Positions 21,096 through 31,400 are shown, counted from the first letter of the stretch. The stretch is DNA of 64,000 nt from Candidatus Nealsonbacteria bacterium (GCA_003555075.1 PWHW01000002.1:96210-160209), one strand, 5' to 3'. Made by a program: numbers and translations. Notes: a model not told the origin generated them from the letters alone.

Positions 21096-21524
21096 ATGAA
21101 TATCATACCAAGAAAACCCTTTGGGGAGTTAGACGAATTCTTTCGAGATGATGATTGGTTTTTTCCGATTTTTAGGAAAGGAATGTTTGAACCTGACATG
21201 GATGTTTATGAAACGGAGAATGAGGTAGTAGCGGAAGTGAATGTTCCTGATATCAATCCTGACAATATTAATGTTTCCGTTGATGGAAACGTTTTGAAGA
21301 TAAGTGGAGAGTTTGAAGACAAAAAAGAAGAGGGAGAGAAGGAAAAGAGTTACTGGAAAAAGGAAATTCGCAAAGGTTCCTTCAGTAGAGCGGTAAGATT
21401 ACCTTCAGAGGTTGATGAGAACAAGTCGGAAGCTGCTTACGAAAATGGTATCTTGAAAGTGACACTTCCTAAAACAGAAGAAAAAGAAAGAAAAGGAAAA
21501 GAGATCAAGGTAAAGAAGAAATAA
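21096..21524 (+). CDS. Hsp20/alpha-crystallin small heat-shock protein
   Basis: DVYET, GSFSRAVRLP, AAYENGILKVTLPK. Confidence 0.95.
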   Translation: MNIIPRKPFGELDEFFRDDDWFFPIFRKGMFEPDMDVYETENEVVAEVNVPDINPDNINVSVDGNVLKISGEFEDKKEEGEKEKSYWKKEIRKGSFSRAVRLPSEVDENKSEAAYENGILKVTLPKTEEKERKGKEIKVKKK

Positions 21525-21542
21525 AAAGATCCCAGATAAACC

Positions 21543-21571
21543 AAAACCCCGCTTAAAAAGCGGGGTTTTTT
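21543..21571. terminator. Bidirectional intrinsic terminator
   Basis: AAAACCCCGCTT...AAGCGGGGTTTTTT between convergent genes. Confidence 0.8.
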
Positions 21572-21592
21572 GTATTTCAACTTTTCTCTTAA

Positions 21593-21826
21593 TTATTCTT
21601 CTTCCTCTTCTTTACCTTCTTCCTCTTCTTCTTCGAGGTCGAGATCGTCATCATCGAGGTCAAGGTCGTCTTCAAGATCACCGAGATCCAGATCATCATC
21701 ATCTAGATCACCGAGATCATCATCCTCGAATTCATCATCCTCGAATTCATCATGATCTTCTTCTTCATCTTCGTTTATTGTTGCAAGAAAGGGTTGTTTA
21801 AATTCAATTCGTTCAGTTACAAACAT
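21593..21826 (-). CDS. Extremely acidic 77-aa protein
   Basis: AAAGGAGG SD, ATG; about 60 C-terminal residues mostly D/E/L. Confidence 0.6.
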   Translation of the reverse strand: MFVTERIEFKQPFLATINEDEEEDHDEFEDDEFEDDDLGDLDDDDLDLGDLEDDLDLDDDDLDLEEEEEEGKEEEEE

Positions 21827-21997
21827 ATTTTTTTATTCCCTCCTTTTTTGAAAGGAGAAAATGGTTATTTACTCGTCACACCCCCCTGGAGTGTACCGAC
21901 CTTTTTTGCTAGAGTCATTATAGTGTTAGATGTATCGTTGTCAAGAATAAAAAAAGTGTATTTTATTTTTTGATTTTTTCTATTATAATCCACTAAT

Positions 21998-22396
21998 ATG
22001 TGGGAAATAACGGAGAAAAGAAATGTTCTTATTTCGTGGTTTGTGTGGCACTATGATGTTGCTTTAGAGGAGATGGTGTCGATGTGGAAGAATTTGCTTG
22101 TTTTTAACATGAATTATTTTTCCATACGCTTTCTACTGAGAACTCTTTTTGCCCCCTGGAAAAAATATACTTTCTCTTACGGAAGGGGTTTTGACGCGGG
22201 AAGGTTTCTCGATACCCTTGTCTTCAATGTGTTTTCGAGACTAATAGGCTTTATAATACGTACATTGATAATTATTATTGGATTGATAGCGCAAGTCATG
22301 ATATTCGTTTTGGGAATTTTGATAATGATGGCTTGGATATTGATACCTTTATTAATAATAGCGGGAATAATCGTTTCTCTAAAATGGTTAATTTGA
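21998..22396 (+). CDS. Membrane protein, partner of downstream Clp ATPase
   Basis: Hydrophobic ORF overlapping the next gene; YFSI..LLRTLFAPWK motif. Confidence 0.7.
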   Translation: MWEITEKRNVLISWFVWHYDVALEEMVSMWKNLLVFNMNYFSIRFLLRTLFAPWKKYTFSYGRGFDAGRFLDTLVFNVFSRLIGFIIRTLIIIIGLIAQVMIFVLGILIMMAWILIPLLIIAGIIVSLKWLI

Positions 22397-24885
22397 ATAT
22401 AAAGAATGCTGCCATAAATAGAGCACTTCTCCTCAATAAAATACCGATCTTCCGATTTGCGGGGTCGCTCATGGATCTCTTTCTTGTACTTTCTGTACTC
22501 TTTGTTCTTTTAGAGCACTTCAGTGGAAGATTGTATGTAATGGACTTTCCTTTTCTGGGATATGGAATCTTGTCCTTTGTTTTATTCTTATTTTTTCTGG
22601 AGATGGAGCTTTTCTTTAAGCACACAAAGAGCCCCAAGCTTTTCATGGGCATGAAAGATATAAAAGAGGATGACCTGAAAGAGGTTAATCTTGCTGAGTT
22701 TTTGGATTTTGAAAGCGCAAAGATCATTAAAAGAGCAGGAAAGATAGGCGGTGCGGATTCCTATCTTTTGCTTTTTCATATACTTCGATATTCTCGTGAA
22801 ATGGACTTCGTATTTTACAGATCCTTAATTGACAAGGAAAGGATGGCTTCCGAGCTGGAAAATGTCTTTAAGAAAAGAGAAAGGGTCCGAGAGGAATACC
22901 TCGAATCTTTCTTTGAAGTAATGAAAGAAGCTTTTCTGGTGGCCAAAGAAAGAGGCAATGAAAGGATAACATTGGAAGATATTTTTGTTGCTCTTGGCGA
23001 GCATAATAGTTATCTTCAAGGAGTGTTCTACGAGGAAGGGCTCAAGAGGAAGGATTTGATGGAATTGACTTCTTGGCAATTAAGATTGAAAAGTAAAGAC
23101 CATCCTTTTACTCACGATAGTCTTGTAAAAAAAGGAAAACTTGGAATAGAGTGGGCTTCCGGACACACTCCTCTTCTTGATAAGTTTTCTGTCGACTGGA
23201 CCAAAAAAATGAAGATCGCCGGCTTTCCGGAGACCATAGGGCATAAAGAGGAGATAGAGGCACTAGAAAGAGTTCTTTCAAGAGGTGAAGCTAATAATCC
23301 GTTGCTTGTAGGCGAACCCGGATCGGGAAGAAAGAGTATAATTCAGGATGTCATAAGAAGGAGTTATTCGGGAGAAAGTCTTTCTCAGGTTAATTTTAAG
23401 AGGTTTTTAGAGCTTGATCTTTCTTCTTTGGTGTCTCATGCGGAAGGGGTTGAGGAAACAGAGTCTCTTTTGGATAGTGTTTTCAGTGAAGCGGAAAATG
23501 CGGGCAATGTCGTTTTGATAATAAACGATATTGATAATTTCATGAGTGGAGAGCAAAGACCGGGGATTGTTGATATTTCCGGTGTTTTGAATTCTTATCT
23601 GCATCTTCCCTCCTTTGCGCTCATAGGAGTAACTAGCTATGAAGGATTTCACAATAATATTGAGAAGAATCCAATATCCTCTTTAATGGAGAAAGTGGAA
23701 GTAGGTAGGGTGAACAAAGAAGAAACCTTGTGGTTGCTTGAAAGAAGAGCCTTGGCACTTGAAAGAAAGTATCATAAGCTGATCCCTTTTTGCTCTTTAA
23801 AGAAAATAATCTCTCTTTCGGATCGTTACATTCAGGACCATCCCTTTCCAGAGAAAGCAGTGGATTTATTGGAAGAGGCGATGGTGCATATAGAACAGCA
23901 AAAGGTCAAAATTCTTCTGCCAAAACATATTGAGAGGTTGGTGTCCGAGAAAACCGAAATACCGGTGGGAGAGATAGACGAAAAAGAAAGGGAGATCCTT
24001 TTAAACATGGAAAGGCTTTTACACGAAAGGATAGTTGATCAGGAGCAGGCTGTCAGTGCTGTCTCAAAAGCTCTTCGTCGCTCGCGTGCACAAGTTGATA
24101 CGAGAAAAGCCCTTATTGGAAGCTTTTTATTTCTTGGTCCGACCGGTACCGGAAAAACTGAAATGGCAAAAGCAATAACCGATGTTTATTTTGGGTCGAA
24201 AGACAGGATGATACGCCTTGATATGTCCGAATTCCAAACTGTACGTGACCTGGGAAGACTCATAGGTTCCCCGGGAAAAGAGGGTGTGCTTACCTTGAAG
24301 GTCAAAGAGGACCCCTTTTCGCTCCTTCTTTTTGATGAAATAGAGAAAGCTCACCCAGATATTCTAAACTTGTTCTTGCAATTACTTGATGAAGGGCATA
24401 TCACAGATGGAATGGGCAAGAAAGTGGATTTTCGTAACACAATGGTGATTGCTACCAGTAATGCGGGTTATCAGACTATCTTGGATGCTATAGAAAAAAA
24501 TGAGAACTGGAGTGACTTGAAGAAAAGAATATTAAGGAGACTTTTTAAAGAATCAACATTTAGGCCGGAATTTGTGAACAGATTTGACGAAGTGGTTCTT
24601 TTCAAGCCTTTAAGCAAAGAGGAATTATTTATGGTGGCCGGAATGCAGCTTGAGGATCTAAGAAAAGGGTTGAAAGAGAAAGAAATTGACCTCCAGATCA
24701 CTGAAGAGTTAAAGAGGAGAGTCGTAGAGATGAGCTATGATCCCGTATTTGGCGCCAGAGAGATGCAAAGGGTCATTCAAGACAATATAGGAGATGCCTT
24801 GTCATCGGTTATACTAAAAAAGGAAGTAAAAGAAGGAGACTCCCTTACCATAGATCCGAAAGATTTTTCTGTGAAAAAAATGTAG
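22384..24885 (+). CDS. ClpA/ClpB-like AAA+ ATPase with N-terminal TM helices
   Basis: D1 NNPLLVGEPGSGRK (degenerate), D2 GPTGTGKT, DEIEKAH, FRPEFVNR, FGAR. Confidence 0.88.
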   Translation: MVNLNIKNAAINRALLLNKIPIFRFAGSLMDLFLVLSVLFVLLEHFSGRLYVMDFPFLGYGILSFVLFLFFLEMELFFKHTKSPKLFMGMKDIKEDDLKEVNLAEFLDFESAKIIKRAGKIGGADSYLLLFHILRYSREMDFVFYRSLIDKERMASELENVFKKRERVREEYLESFFEVMKEAFLVAKERGNERITLEDIFVALGEHNSYLQGVFYEEGLKRKDLMELTSWQLRLKSKDHPFTHDSLVKKGKLGIEWASGHTPLLDKFSVDWTKKMKIAGFPETIGHKEEIEALERVLSRGEANNPLLVGEPGSGRKSIIQDVIRRSYSGESLSQVNFKRFLELDLSSLVSHAEGVEETESLLDSVFSEAENAGNVVLIINDIDNFMSGEQRPGIVDISGVLNSYLHLPSFALIGVTSYEGFHNNIEKNPISSLMEKVEVGRVNKEETLWLLERRALALERKYHKLIPFCSLKKIISLSDRYIQDHPFPEKAVDLLEEAMVHIEQQKVKILLPKHIERLVSEKTEIPVGEIDEKEREILLNMERLLHERIVDQEQAVSAVSKALRRSRAQVDTRKALIGSFLFLGPTGTGKTEMAKAITDVYFGSKDRMIRLDMSEFQTVRDLGRLIGSPGKEGVLTLKVKEDPFSLLLFDEIEKAHPDILNLFLQLLDEGHITDGMGKKVDFRNTMVIATSNAGYQTILDAIEKNENWSDLKKRILRRLFKESTFRPEFVNRFDEVVLFKPLSKEELFMVAGMQLEDLRKGLKEKEIDLQITEELKRRVVEMSYDPVFGAREMQRVIQDNIGDALSSVILKKEVKEGDSLTIDPKDFSVKKM

Positions 24886-24968
24886 CAGGGGAGAAGTCGC
24901 GATAAAAACACAATCAAACAACCTCCGAAGTGGGACTTCGGAGGTTTTTATTTTTTAAAAAATGCCTT

Positions 24969-25050
24969 GTGTGGAATTTGTGGGTTGACAGGGGATTGAT
25001 TGTGGGATAATATGGGGTCACATAGTAAATATGTGGAAAAAAGTGGGGAA
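24969..25050 (+). promoter_or_regulatory. mraZ promoter with repeated GTGG(G) MraZ boxes
   Basis: Several TGTGG/GTGGG copies at about 10-nt phasing around TTGACA...GATAAT. Confidence 0.65.
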
Positions 25051-25095
25051 AATACCGGATCTTTGTGGAAAACTCCTCTTTCTTCCTCCTTCTAT

Positions 25096-25527
25096 ATGTT
25101 CATAGGGGAATACACATACAAGATAGATGACAAGAAAAGGCTTGCTATTCCTTCCAAGTTTCGTGATGAATTAAAAAGAAAGGCGGTGATCACGCGCGGT
25201 CTTGATAGATGTCTTTTTCTTTATTCCATGGAAGAGTGGGAGAAGATCGCTGAAAAGATAAGTCAACTCCCTTTTGGCCAACATGACAGTAGGGGGTTTT
25301 CAAGAATAATGCTTTCAGGAGCGATGGAGGTGGAGTTTGATTCGGCGGGAAGGATTCTTATTCCGGATTATTTAAAAGAATATGCTTCTTTGAAAAAAGA
25401 GGTTGTAATTGCAGGTCTGTATAATCGTGTTGAGGTTTGGGATAAGGAAACCTGGAATGATTATAAAGAAAAGACGGAAGAGGAGCTTGGTAATATTGCT
25501 GAAAGACTGAAGGAGTTTGGTGTTTGA
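25096..25527 (+). CDS. mraZ: Transcriptional regulator MraZ
   Basis: MFIGEY..IDDKKRLAIP, DSAGRILIP, RVEVW. Confidence 0.97.
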   Translation: MFIGEYTYKIDDKKRLAIPSKFRDELKRKAVITRGLDRCLFLYSMEEWEKIAEKISQLPFGQHDSRGFSRIMLSGAMEVEFDSAGRILIPDYLKEYASLKKEVVIAGLYNRVEVWDKETWNDYKEKTEEELGNIAERLKEFGV

Positions 25528-25636
25528 TCAAAAGAGTCAATCTTTAAAAAATAAAAGCAATTTTCAAGACCACGGATCCAGGTTGTCATTATAACGGTTC
25601 TTTACAATTGAATTTTGTGGCTTGAAGTCTTATTCA

Positions 25637-26512
25637 ATGCATATTCCCGTTTTAAAAGAAGAGGTCCTACACTTTTTGAGTCCGCAACCCAATGAAGATT
25701 TTGTTGATTGCACGGCGGGAGAAGGTGGTCATACGGAAGCTATACTGGAAAGGAATGGCCCCTTGGGAAGAGTTTTGGCCATTGAATGGGACCCGGAACT
25801 TTTCAGTGTTTTACTGGAAAAGAGTAAAAAAGAGAAAAGAATTGTTCCCGTAAATGATTCTTATACTTTGATAGAGGAGATAGCTGTAAGAAAAGGATTC
25901 TCTTCCGTGTCAGGAATACTTTTTGATCTGGGTTTTTCAAGTTTTCATGTTGATAGAAGTGGTAGGGGATTTTCATTCATGAGGAAAGAGCCACTGGATA
26001 TGCGCTATAACAAAAATAATCCTCTTACAGCTTATGACATTGTTAATAAATATAAGGAAAAGGATATAGAGTACATTTTAAAAAAATGGGGGGATGAAAA
26101 ATATGCGAAAGAAATAGCTCACAAAATAGTCTTGGAAAGAAGAGAGGATCCTATAGAGACCACTACCAGACTGGCAGAAATCGTAAAGAGGGTTATTCCC
26201 GAAAGACATAAGGAGAACTTAAAAATACATTGTGCCACAAGGACCTTTCAAGCTTTAAGAATTGCGGTAAATGGTGAACTCATGGGGATTGAATCTGCAC
26301 TTCCTGATGCCTTCAAGATATTAAAAAAAGAAGGAAGAATGGTAATTATTTGTTTTCATGAAGGAGAGGAAAGAGTAGTAAAGAAGTTCCTTAGGTCTCA
26401 CAAGAAAAACATAAAATTGCTAACGAAAGACCCCGTGGTTCCCACCATTGCAGAAACAAATAAAAACATTCGTTCAAGGTCGGCCAAATTATATTCTTTA
26501 ATGAAAAAATAA
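25637..26512 (+). CDS. rsmH: 16S rRNA m4C1402 methyltransferase
   Basis: HIPVL, DCTAGEGGH, DLGFSS, PLDMR, FQALRIAVN, RSRSAKL. Confidence 0.96.
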   Translation: MHIPVLKEEVLHFLSPQPNEDFVDCTAGEGGHTEAILERNGPLGRVLAIEWDPELFSVLLEKSKKEKRIVPVNDSYTLIEEIAVRKGFSSVSGILFDLGFSSFHVDRSGRGFSFMRKEPLDMRYNKNNPLTAYDIVNKYKEKDIEYILKKWGDEKYAKEIAHKIVLERREDPIETTTRLAEIVKRVIPERHKENLKIHCATRTFQALRIAVNGELMGIESALPDAFKILKKEGRMVIICFHEGEERVVKKFLRSHKKNIKLLTKDPVVPTIAETNKNIRSRSAKLYSLMKK

Positions 26513-26513
26513 G

Positions 26514-26798
26514 ATGAGGAAAATGTTAAAACATTACCATGCTTTTCTAGGAGTTCTTGTTGTTGGGCTTGCATTCTTGTGTGTTTTTCAGATCGTGAAG
26601 ATAACGGAAGAGAAGTATCTTGCACAGGAATATCAAAAGGAATTAAGGGAAGTCTCCAGGATGACCCTTACCATTGAAAATCCCGAAAATAATTTTTCCT
26701 TGAGGGAGGTGGAAGAGATAGCCAAAGAAAACGGATTTGTAAACAAAGGAAATGTAGCTTATGTGGAAGTTCCCAGCACCGAGGTGGCTGAGAGATAA
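26514..26798 (+). CDS. FtsL-like cell division protein
   Basis: Position between rsmH and PBP; single TM plus coiled coil. Confidence 0.65.
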   Translation: MRKMLKHYHAFLGVLVVGLAFLCVFQIVKITEEKYLAQEYQKELREVSRMTLTIENPENNFSLREVEEIAKENGFVNKGNVAYVEVPSTEVAER

Positions 26799-26830
26799 TT
26801 TTTACAATAATAAACTAAGCGGGGAGATAA

Positions 26831-28492
26831 ATGTGTGATAAACGTTTATGGTTTGTTTTTCTCATAGTAATTGTTTCTACGGGGTTATTCTGTTGGCGTC
26901 TTTTTAATTTGCAAATTGTTGAGGGAGGAGAATGGAGAGCTCAAGCCCAAGGACAACAAAGAATATTTACTCAGGCGCAAGGAGACAGGGGAAATATCTA
27001 TCTAAATAGCAACGGGGATCCCGTAGTGGCTGCTACTAATAAAAAGGTTTATCATGCATATATTTCTCCACGGAGAATAAAAGAAGAAGAGAAGGAAAGT
27101 TTTGCTTCTTTGTTTGCAGATCTACTGGATGTTGAGAAAGAAGATGTCTTGAAGAGAATGAAAAAAGATAGTGCTTATGAAGTAATAAAAAGAAATTTAA
27201 GCGAAGAAGAGAAGGAGGTGGTAGAAAGAACAGAAGAACTGTATATTCAAGAAGAACTTACTCGTTTCTATCCTGAGAATGACTTTGCTTCTCATGTTCT
27301 TGGTTTTGTGGGAGGCGAAAATAGGGGACAATACGGGGTAGAGCAGTACTATGAAAAAGTATTGCAAGGAAAAGTGGGCATGAGAGAGGGGTTGAAAAAT
27401 CCTTTGGGGACTCTTATTCTCAATGATTCTATTAAAAGAGGGGAGGACCTGTTTTTGACCATTGATTATAATGTACAGCATTTTGTAGAGAGAGAGCTTG
27501 AAGAGAGGGTTGAGCAGTTTGATGCAAGAAGTGGAATGGCGATCGTCATGAACCCGAAGACCGGTGAGGTAATGGCTATGGCAAATTACCCCGAGTTCGA
27601 TCCGAACAAATATAATAAATTTGAAAGCTCTGTATTTAAGAACTCTGCGATGCAGTCCGTGTTTGAACCGGGATCTGTGTTCAAACCGATAACCATGGCC
27701 ATTGCTTTGGATGAAGATGCTGTGAATCCCGAAGATACTTTTCTTGATACGGGAAGTGTGCAAATACACGGACGTACCATTTACAACTATGCCAGGAGAT
27801 CCTATGGGGAAGTGGATATGTCAAGGATCCTTGAGAATTCCATTAATACGGGAATAGTGTATGTGAAGGACAGGGTAGGTAATGAGACCTTTTTGGACTA
27901 TCTTCACGAATTCGGATTTTTTGAACCGACTGGCATAGATCTTCACGGTGAAGTTTACTCCAAAAACAGAAGTTTTCTTGAAGGTCATGAAGTTAATTTT
28001 GCCACTGCGTCTTATGGTCAGGGAATAAATGTTACCGCCGTTCAGCTCATGAGAGCTTTTTCCGCTTTGGCAAACAACGGAGAGATGGTCGATCCTTATG
28101 TGGTACAGAGAGAGGAGTATTATATTCCTTCCGGAGAGCAGGTGATCTCTGCCGAAACAGCTTCTTTGGTAACGGAAATGATGATCAATACCATTGAAGA
28201 TGGTTTTGGGAGTACAGCCAAGGTTCCGGGATACTATATAGCAGGAAAGACGGGTACTGCCCAGATCCCGTGGTCTTCGCTTGGGGTTAGTAGAAGAGGA
28301 TATTCGGATAAGACTATGCAGGGCTTTATAGGATTTGCTCCTGCCCTGGACCCCGAATTCATGATCTATGTGAGCCTTGATGATCCTTGGTCTCGTAGTG
28401 CTGAAGTCTCTGCCGCCCCTTTGTTCAAGGAGATATCGGAATTCCTTTTTGAATACAAGAGGATCCCTCCCGATTACGCCGTTACAGATTAA
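26831..28492 (+). CDS. ftsI: Class B penicillin-binding protein (FtsI-like)
   Basis: EPGSVFK (SxxK), SIN (SxN), AGKTGTAQ. Confidence 0.9.
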   Translation: MCDKRLWFVFLIVIVSTGLFCWRLFNLQIVEGGEWRAQAQGQQRIFTQAQGDRGNIYLNSNGDPVVAATNKKVYHAYISPRRIKEEEKESFASLFADLLDVEKEDVLKRMKKDSAYEVIKRNLSEEEKEVVERTEELYIQEELTRFYPENDFASHVLGFVGGENRGQYGVEQYYEKVLQGKVGMREGLKNPLGTLILNDSIKRGEDLFLTIDYNVQHFVERELEERVEQFDARSGMAIVMNPKTGEVMAMANYPEFDPNKYNKFESSVFKNSAMQSVFEPGSVFKPITMAIALDEDAVNPEDTFLDTGSVQIHGRTIYNYARRSYGEVDMSRILENSINTGIVYVKDRVGNETFLDYLHEFGFFEPTGIDLHGEVYSKNRSFLEGHEVNFATASYGQGINVTAVQLMRAFSALANNGEMVDPYVVQREEYYIPSGEQVISAETASLVTEMMINTIEDGFGSTAKVPGYYIAGKTGTAQIPWSSLGVSRRGYSDKTMQGFIGFAPALDPEFMIYVSLDDPWSRSAEVSAAPLFKEISEFLFEYKRIPPDYAVTD

Positions 28493-28497
28493 ATTAA

Positions 28498-29118
28498 ATG
28501 CTTAAATTCATATTAAAAAATAAGAAGGTGGTCTTTATTGCGGGTGATAGAAGGAGGGAGGTTACGCATTTCATATATTTTATATTAAGAGATGGTTTTT
28601 CAATATTTCCCTCAAAAGGAATTCCCGGCATTTCCGATCTATTTAGGGTACTGAGAAGTGAAATAGTGATAATTGAAGATAACCCCGATGAGAGTCCTCA
28701 AGAAATAAAGGATTTTTTTTATTCACTCAATGATTGCGTATTTGTAATAACTGAAACAGGAAAGAGGGTGAGAATAAAAGAATTGCTTCGCGGGTTTTCC
28801 GATAAGTGGAGTCTTGTATTGGATTTTTCAATGGCAAAAAAGATCAAAAGAAAGAGAGTCAAAAAACTTCTTACTTTTGGTGTTAATAAAAAAAAGGCGG
28901 ATTTCTATATAACCGATACTTATCGCAAAGACAGGGAGACCAATTTTAAGGTCAACTACGAGGACAATATAATCCCTTTTTGGATAAAGGATGATTTAAA
29001 GAACAAGGATATATATTCCATACTTCCGGCTCTTTGTTTGGCTGAGCTATTTGATTTGAACTTGGCCAAGGTTTCCTATAGAATTAAGGAGGAGCTTACA
29101 GTCTTTACTCACAGATGA
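28498..29118 (+). CDS. Degenerate Mur-ligase (MurF-like) central-domain remnant
   Basis: Follows ftsI; LLTFG...ADF, TNFKVNY..NIIP, IYSILPA resemble the Mur middle domain; P-loop absent. Confidence 0.5.
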   Translation: MLKFILKNKKVVFIAGDRRREVTHFIYFILRDGFSIFPSKGIPGISDLFRVLRSEIVIIEDNPDESPQEIKDFFYSLNDCVFVITETGKRVRIKELLRGFSDKWSLVLDFSMAKKIKRKRVKKLLTFGVNKKKADFYITDTYRKDRETNFKVNYEDNIIPFWIKDDLKNKDIYSILPALCLAELFDLNLAKVSYRIKEELTVFTHR

Positions 29119-29185
29119 AAATTTGCTATCATCTTTTGCGAGGATTTGGCCGTTTAGATTGGTCCTCGTTTCTTTTACATGATAT

Positions 29186-29260
29186 GGCCCCGTCGTCTAG
29201 TCTGGTCCAGGACGCCGGGTTCTCAGTCCGGCAACACGGGTTCAAATCCCGTCGGGGTCA
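29186..29260 (+). tRNA. tRNA-Glu(CTC)
   Basis: GGCCCCG/CGGGGTC acceptor, CCGGG-TTCTCAG-TCCGG anticodon arm. Confidence 0.93.
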
Positions 29261-29324
29261 CATTTTTATTTAGTAGAGATCTCTAAGTAGTTATGCTTGT
29301 TCTGGGAAAGTAAAACTTCAAAAA

Positions 29325-30434
29325 ATGAAAGTTCTATACGGAATATCGATTCTCGCAGGAACCATAATTGGGGCCGGACTTTTTTCTCTACCTTATATAA
29401 CTTCGGTTGTGGGTATCCATGTAATGATCGGATACCTTATTTTTTTAGGGGCTGTTTCTTTTTTGGTTCACTATTTTTTGGGAGAGATAAGCTTGAGAAC
29501 TCCTGATTTTTTACGTCTTCCGGGATTTGCTCGTTATCATCTGGGAAAGAAAGCACAAAAAGTAGCCTATATTTCCGGGATATTGGGAATGTTGGGAGCT
29601 ATTTTAGCTTATCTCATATTGGGTGGAGAATTCTTATCAGCTCTTCTTTCTCCTCAGATCGGCGGTGATACAGTGCATTATACCACTATTTATTTCATTA
29701 TCTCCTCCGCCTTCATTTATTCTGGTATCAGAGCTATTTCTAAAATGGAGCTTTGCGGGATTGCTCTTTTTTTCCTACTTCTTGTCTTTACTTTCATTTA
29801 CGGATTTCAGGAGATCTCAATGGGTAATTTACTTGTCAGAAAGGAGCAGTTCGATCTTTTTCTTCCCTATGGTGCTCTTTTGTTTGCTTTATGGGGAGGA
29901 GCTCTTGTTCCTGAGATAGAGGAGTTGCTTTCTTTGGGAAAAGAAAGGAAAAAACTTAGAACCATCATTCCTGCGGGAATGCTCTTTTCCGTTCTTATTT
30001 CCTTTTTCTTTATTATTGTCATTTTGGGAATGGCAGGAGAGGGAACTACAAGAGAGGCTCTTGTGGGCTTGGAAAATTATTTGGGGCAAGAGGTGGCAGC
30101 TCTAATGCTTCTTTTTGGACTTTTGGTGGTATTTACTTCCATTATTACCATAGGTCTTACGGTCAAAAAGATACTTTGGTATGATCTGAATATTCCTAGA
30201 GATGCTTCTTGGGCGATAACTTGTTTTATACCTTTCATTCTTTTTCTTGCCGGAATAAAAGATTTCATAGGAGTGATCGGCGTAGTGGGCGCGGTAATGA
30301 TAGCTGTAGATGCCATTCTTATACTTCTTATGTATGAAAAGATAAAACCCAAAACGGTCAGGTTGATCACTTATCCTTTGATATTTCTTTTTGTTTTGGG
30401 TATTATTCATGAGGCGATCTATTACTTTATCTAG
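29325..30434 (+). CDS. Aromatic amino acid permease (TyrP/HAAAP-like)
   Basis: GTIIGAGLFSLPY, about 11 TM helices. Confidence 0.85.
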   Translation: MKVLYGISILAGTIIGAGLFSLPYITSVVGIHVMIGYLIFLGAVSFLVHYFLGEISLRTPDFLRLPGFARYHLGKKAQKVAYISGILGMLGAILAYLILGGEFLSALLSPQIGGDTVHYTTIYFIISSAFIYSGIRAISKMELCGIALFFLLLVFTFIYGFQEISMGNLLVRKEQFDLFLPYGALLFALWGGALVPEIEELLSLGKERKKLRTIIPAGMLFSVLISFFFIIVILGMAGEGTTREALVGLENYLGQEVAALMLLFGLLVVFTSIITIGLTVKKILWYDLNIPRDASWAITCFIPFILFLAGIKDFIGVIGVVGAVMIAVDAILILLMYEKIKPKTVRLITYPLIFLFVLGIIHEAIYYFI

Positions 30435-30443
30435 TCAGGAGAC

Positions 30444-31400
30444 ATGCTTCCATATATAGCTATTTTTGTCTTATCATGTCTTGGAATAATCTTTTCCAGT
30501 CGTTGGGTCATTGATTCCTTGAGAAGAATGGCTCACCATTTGGGATGGAAGGAGTTCGTGGTAGCTTTTTTCACCGCCTCTATAGGAGCAGTGCTACCCG
30601 AGCTTTTCATAGGAGTTAGAGCGGCCCTGGAAGGAGTTTCTGAGCTTGCCCTTGGGAATGTGATGGGGCAGAACATAATACTTTTTACTTTTTCAGTAGC
30701 ACTCTGTGCAGTGGTACTGGGGGAGATCACTGTGCAGAGCAGAACGGTAAGAGCCGGAACGGGATTTGCGGTAATATCTGTGATCCTTCCCTTCATTTTG
30801 CTTCATAATGGCATGATATCGAGGCTTGATGGTGTGGTGCTCATACTAGCCTTTCTTTTATACGTAAGATGGCTCTTCAAAGATGAGGATAGATTTATGA
30901 AGAACCATGAGGGTCAGGGTCATGAGAGGATCAAAAAGAAGCCCCATGCTCTAAGAGATGCGGGAATTGCTTTGGGTGGTCTTTTGCTCGTTGTTTTTGC
31001 GGCCGAAGGAATAATTTTTTCGGCTGGTCATTTTGCTGAGTACATGGGAGTTCCTATAGGCGTAATAGGACTTGTTTTCGTTGGGGCGGGAGTTGCTCTT
31101 CCCGAAACCTTTCTGTCATTGAAGCTTGCCTTGAAAGGTCAATGCTGGATGATACTTGGAGGACTCATGGGGGCCATAGCCATGTCTTCAACGCTTGTCT
31201 TGGGAGTGGTGGCAATAATCGATCCCATTGTAATTGATAATTTTGCGCCTTATTCGGTGGGAAGATTCTTTCTTATTTTAAGCGGAGTTGCTTTATGGTT
31301 CTTTGTGAGAACCAGTAACAAGATCACCAGGAGAGAGGCATGGGTTTTGTTTGCTATTTACGCACTATTCCTCATTTTCGAATTCTTCATAATGAAATGA
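30444..31400 (+). CDS. Na+/Ca2+ exchanger (CaCA) family protein
   Basis: Two alpha repeats (GAVLPEL...GNVMGQN; GVALPE), about 10 TMs. Confidence 0.85.
   Translation: MLPYIAIFVLSCLGIIFSSRWVIDSLRRMAHHLGWKEFVVAFFTASIGAVLPELFIGVRAALEGVSELALGNVMGQNIILFTFSVALCAVVLGEITVQSRTVRAGTGFAVISVILPFILLHNGMISRLDGVVLILAFLLYVRWLFKDEDRFMKNHEGQGHERIKKKPHALRDAGIALGGLLLVVFAAEGIIFSAGHFAEYMGVPIGVIGLVFVGAGVALPETFLSLKLALKGQCWMILGGLMGAIAMSSTLVLGVVAIIDPIVIDNFAPYSVGRFFLILSGVALWFFVRTSNKITRREAWVLFAIYALFLIFEFFIMK

Noticed and set aside
21570-21755. Ser/Arg-rich + strand ORF
   Set aside because: Antisense shadow of the SD-led acidic protein
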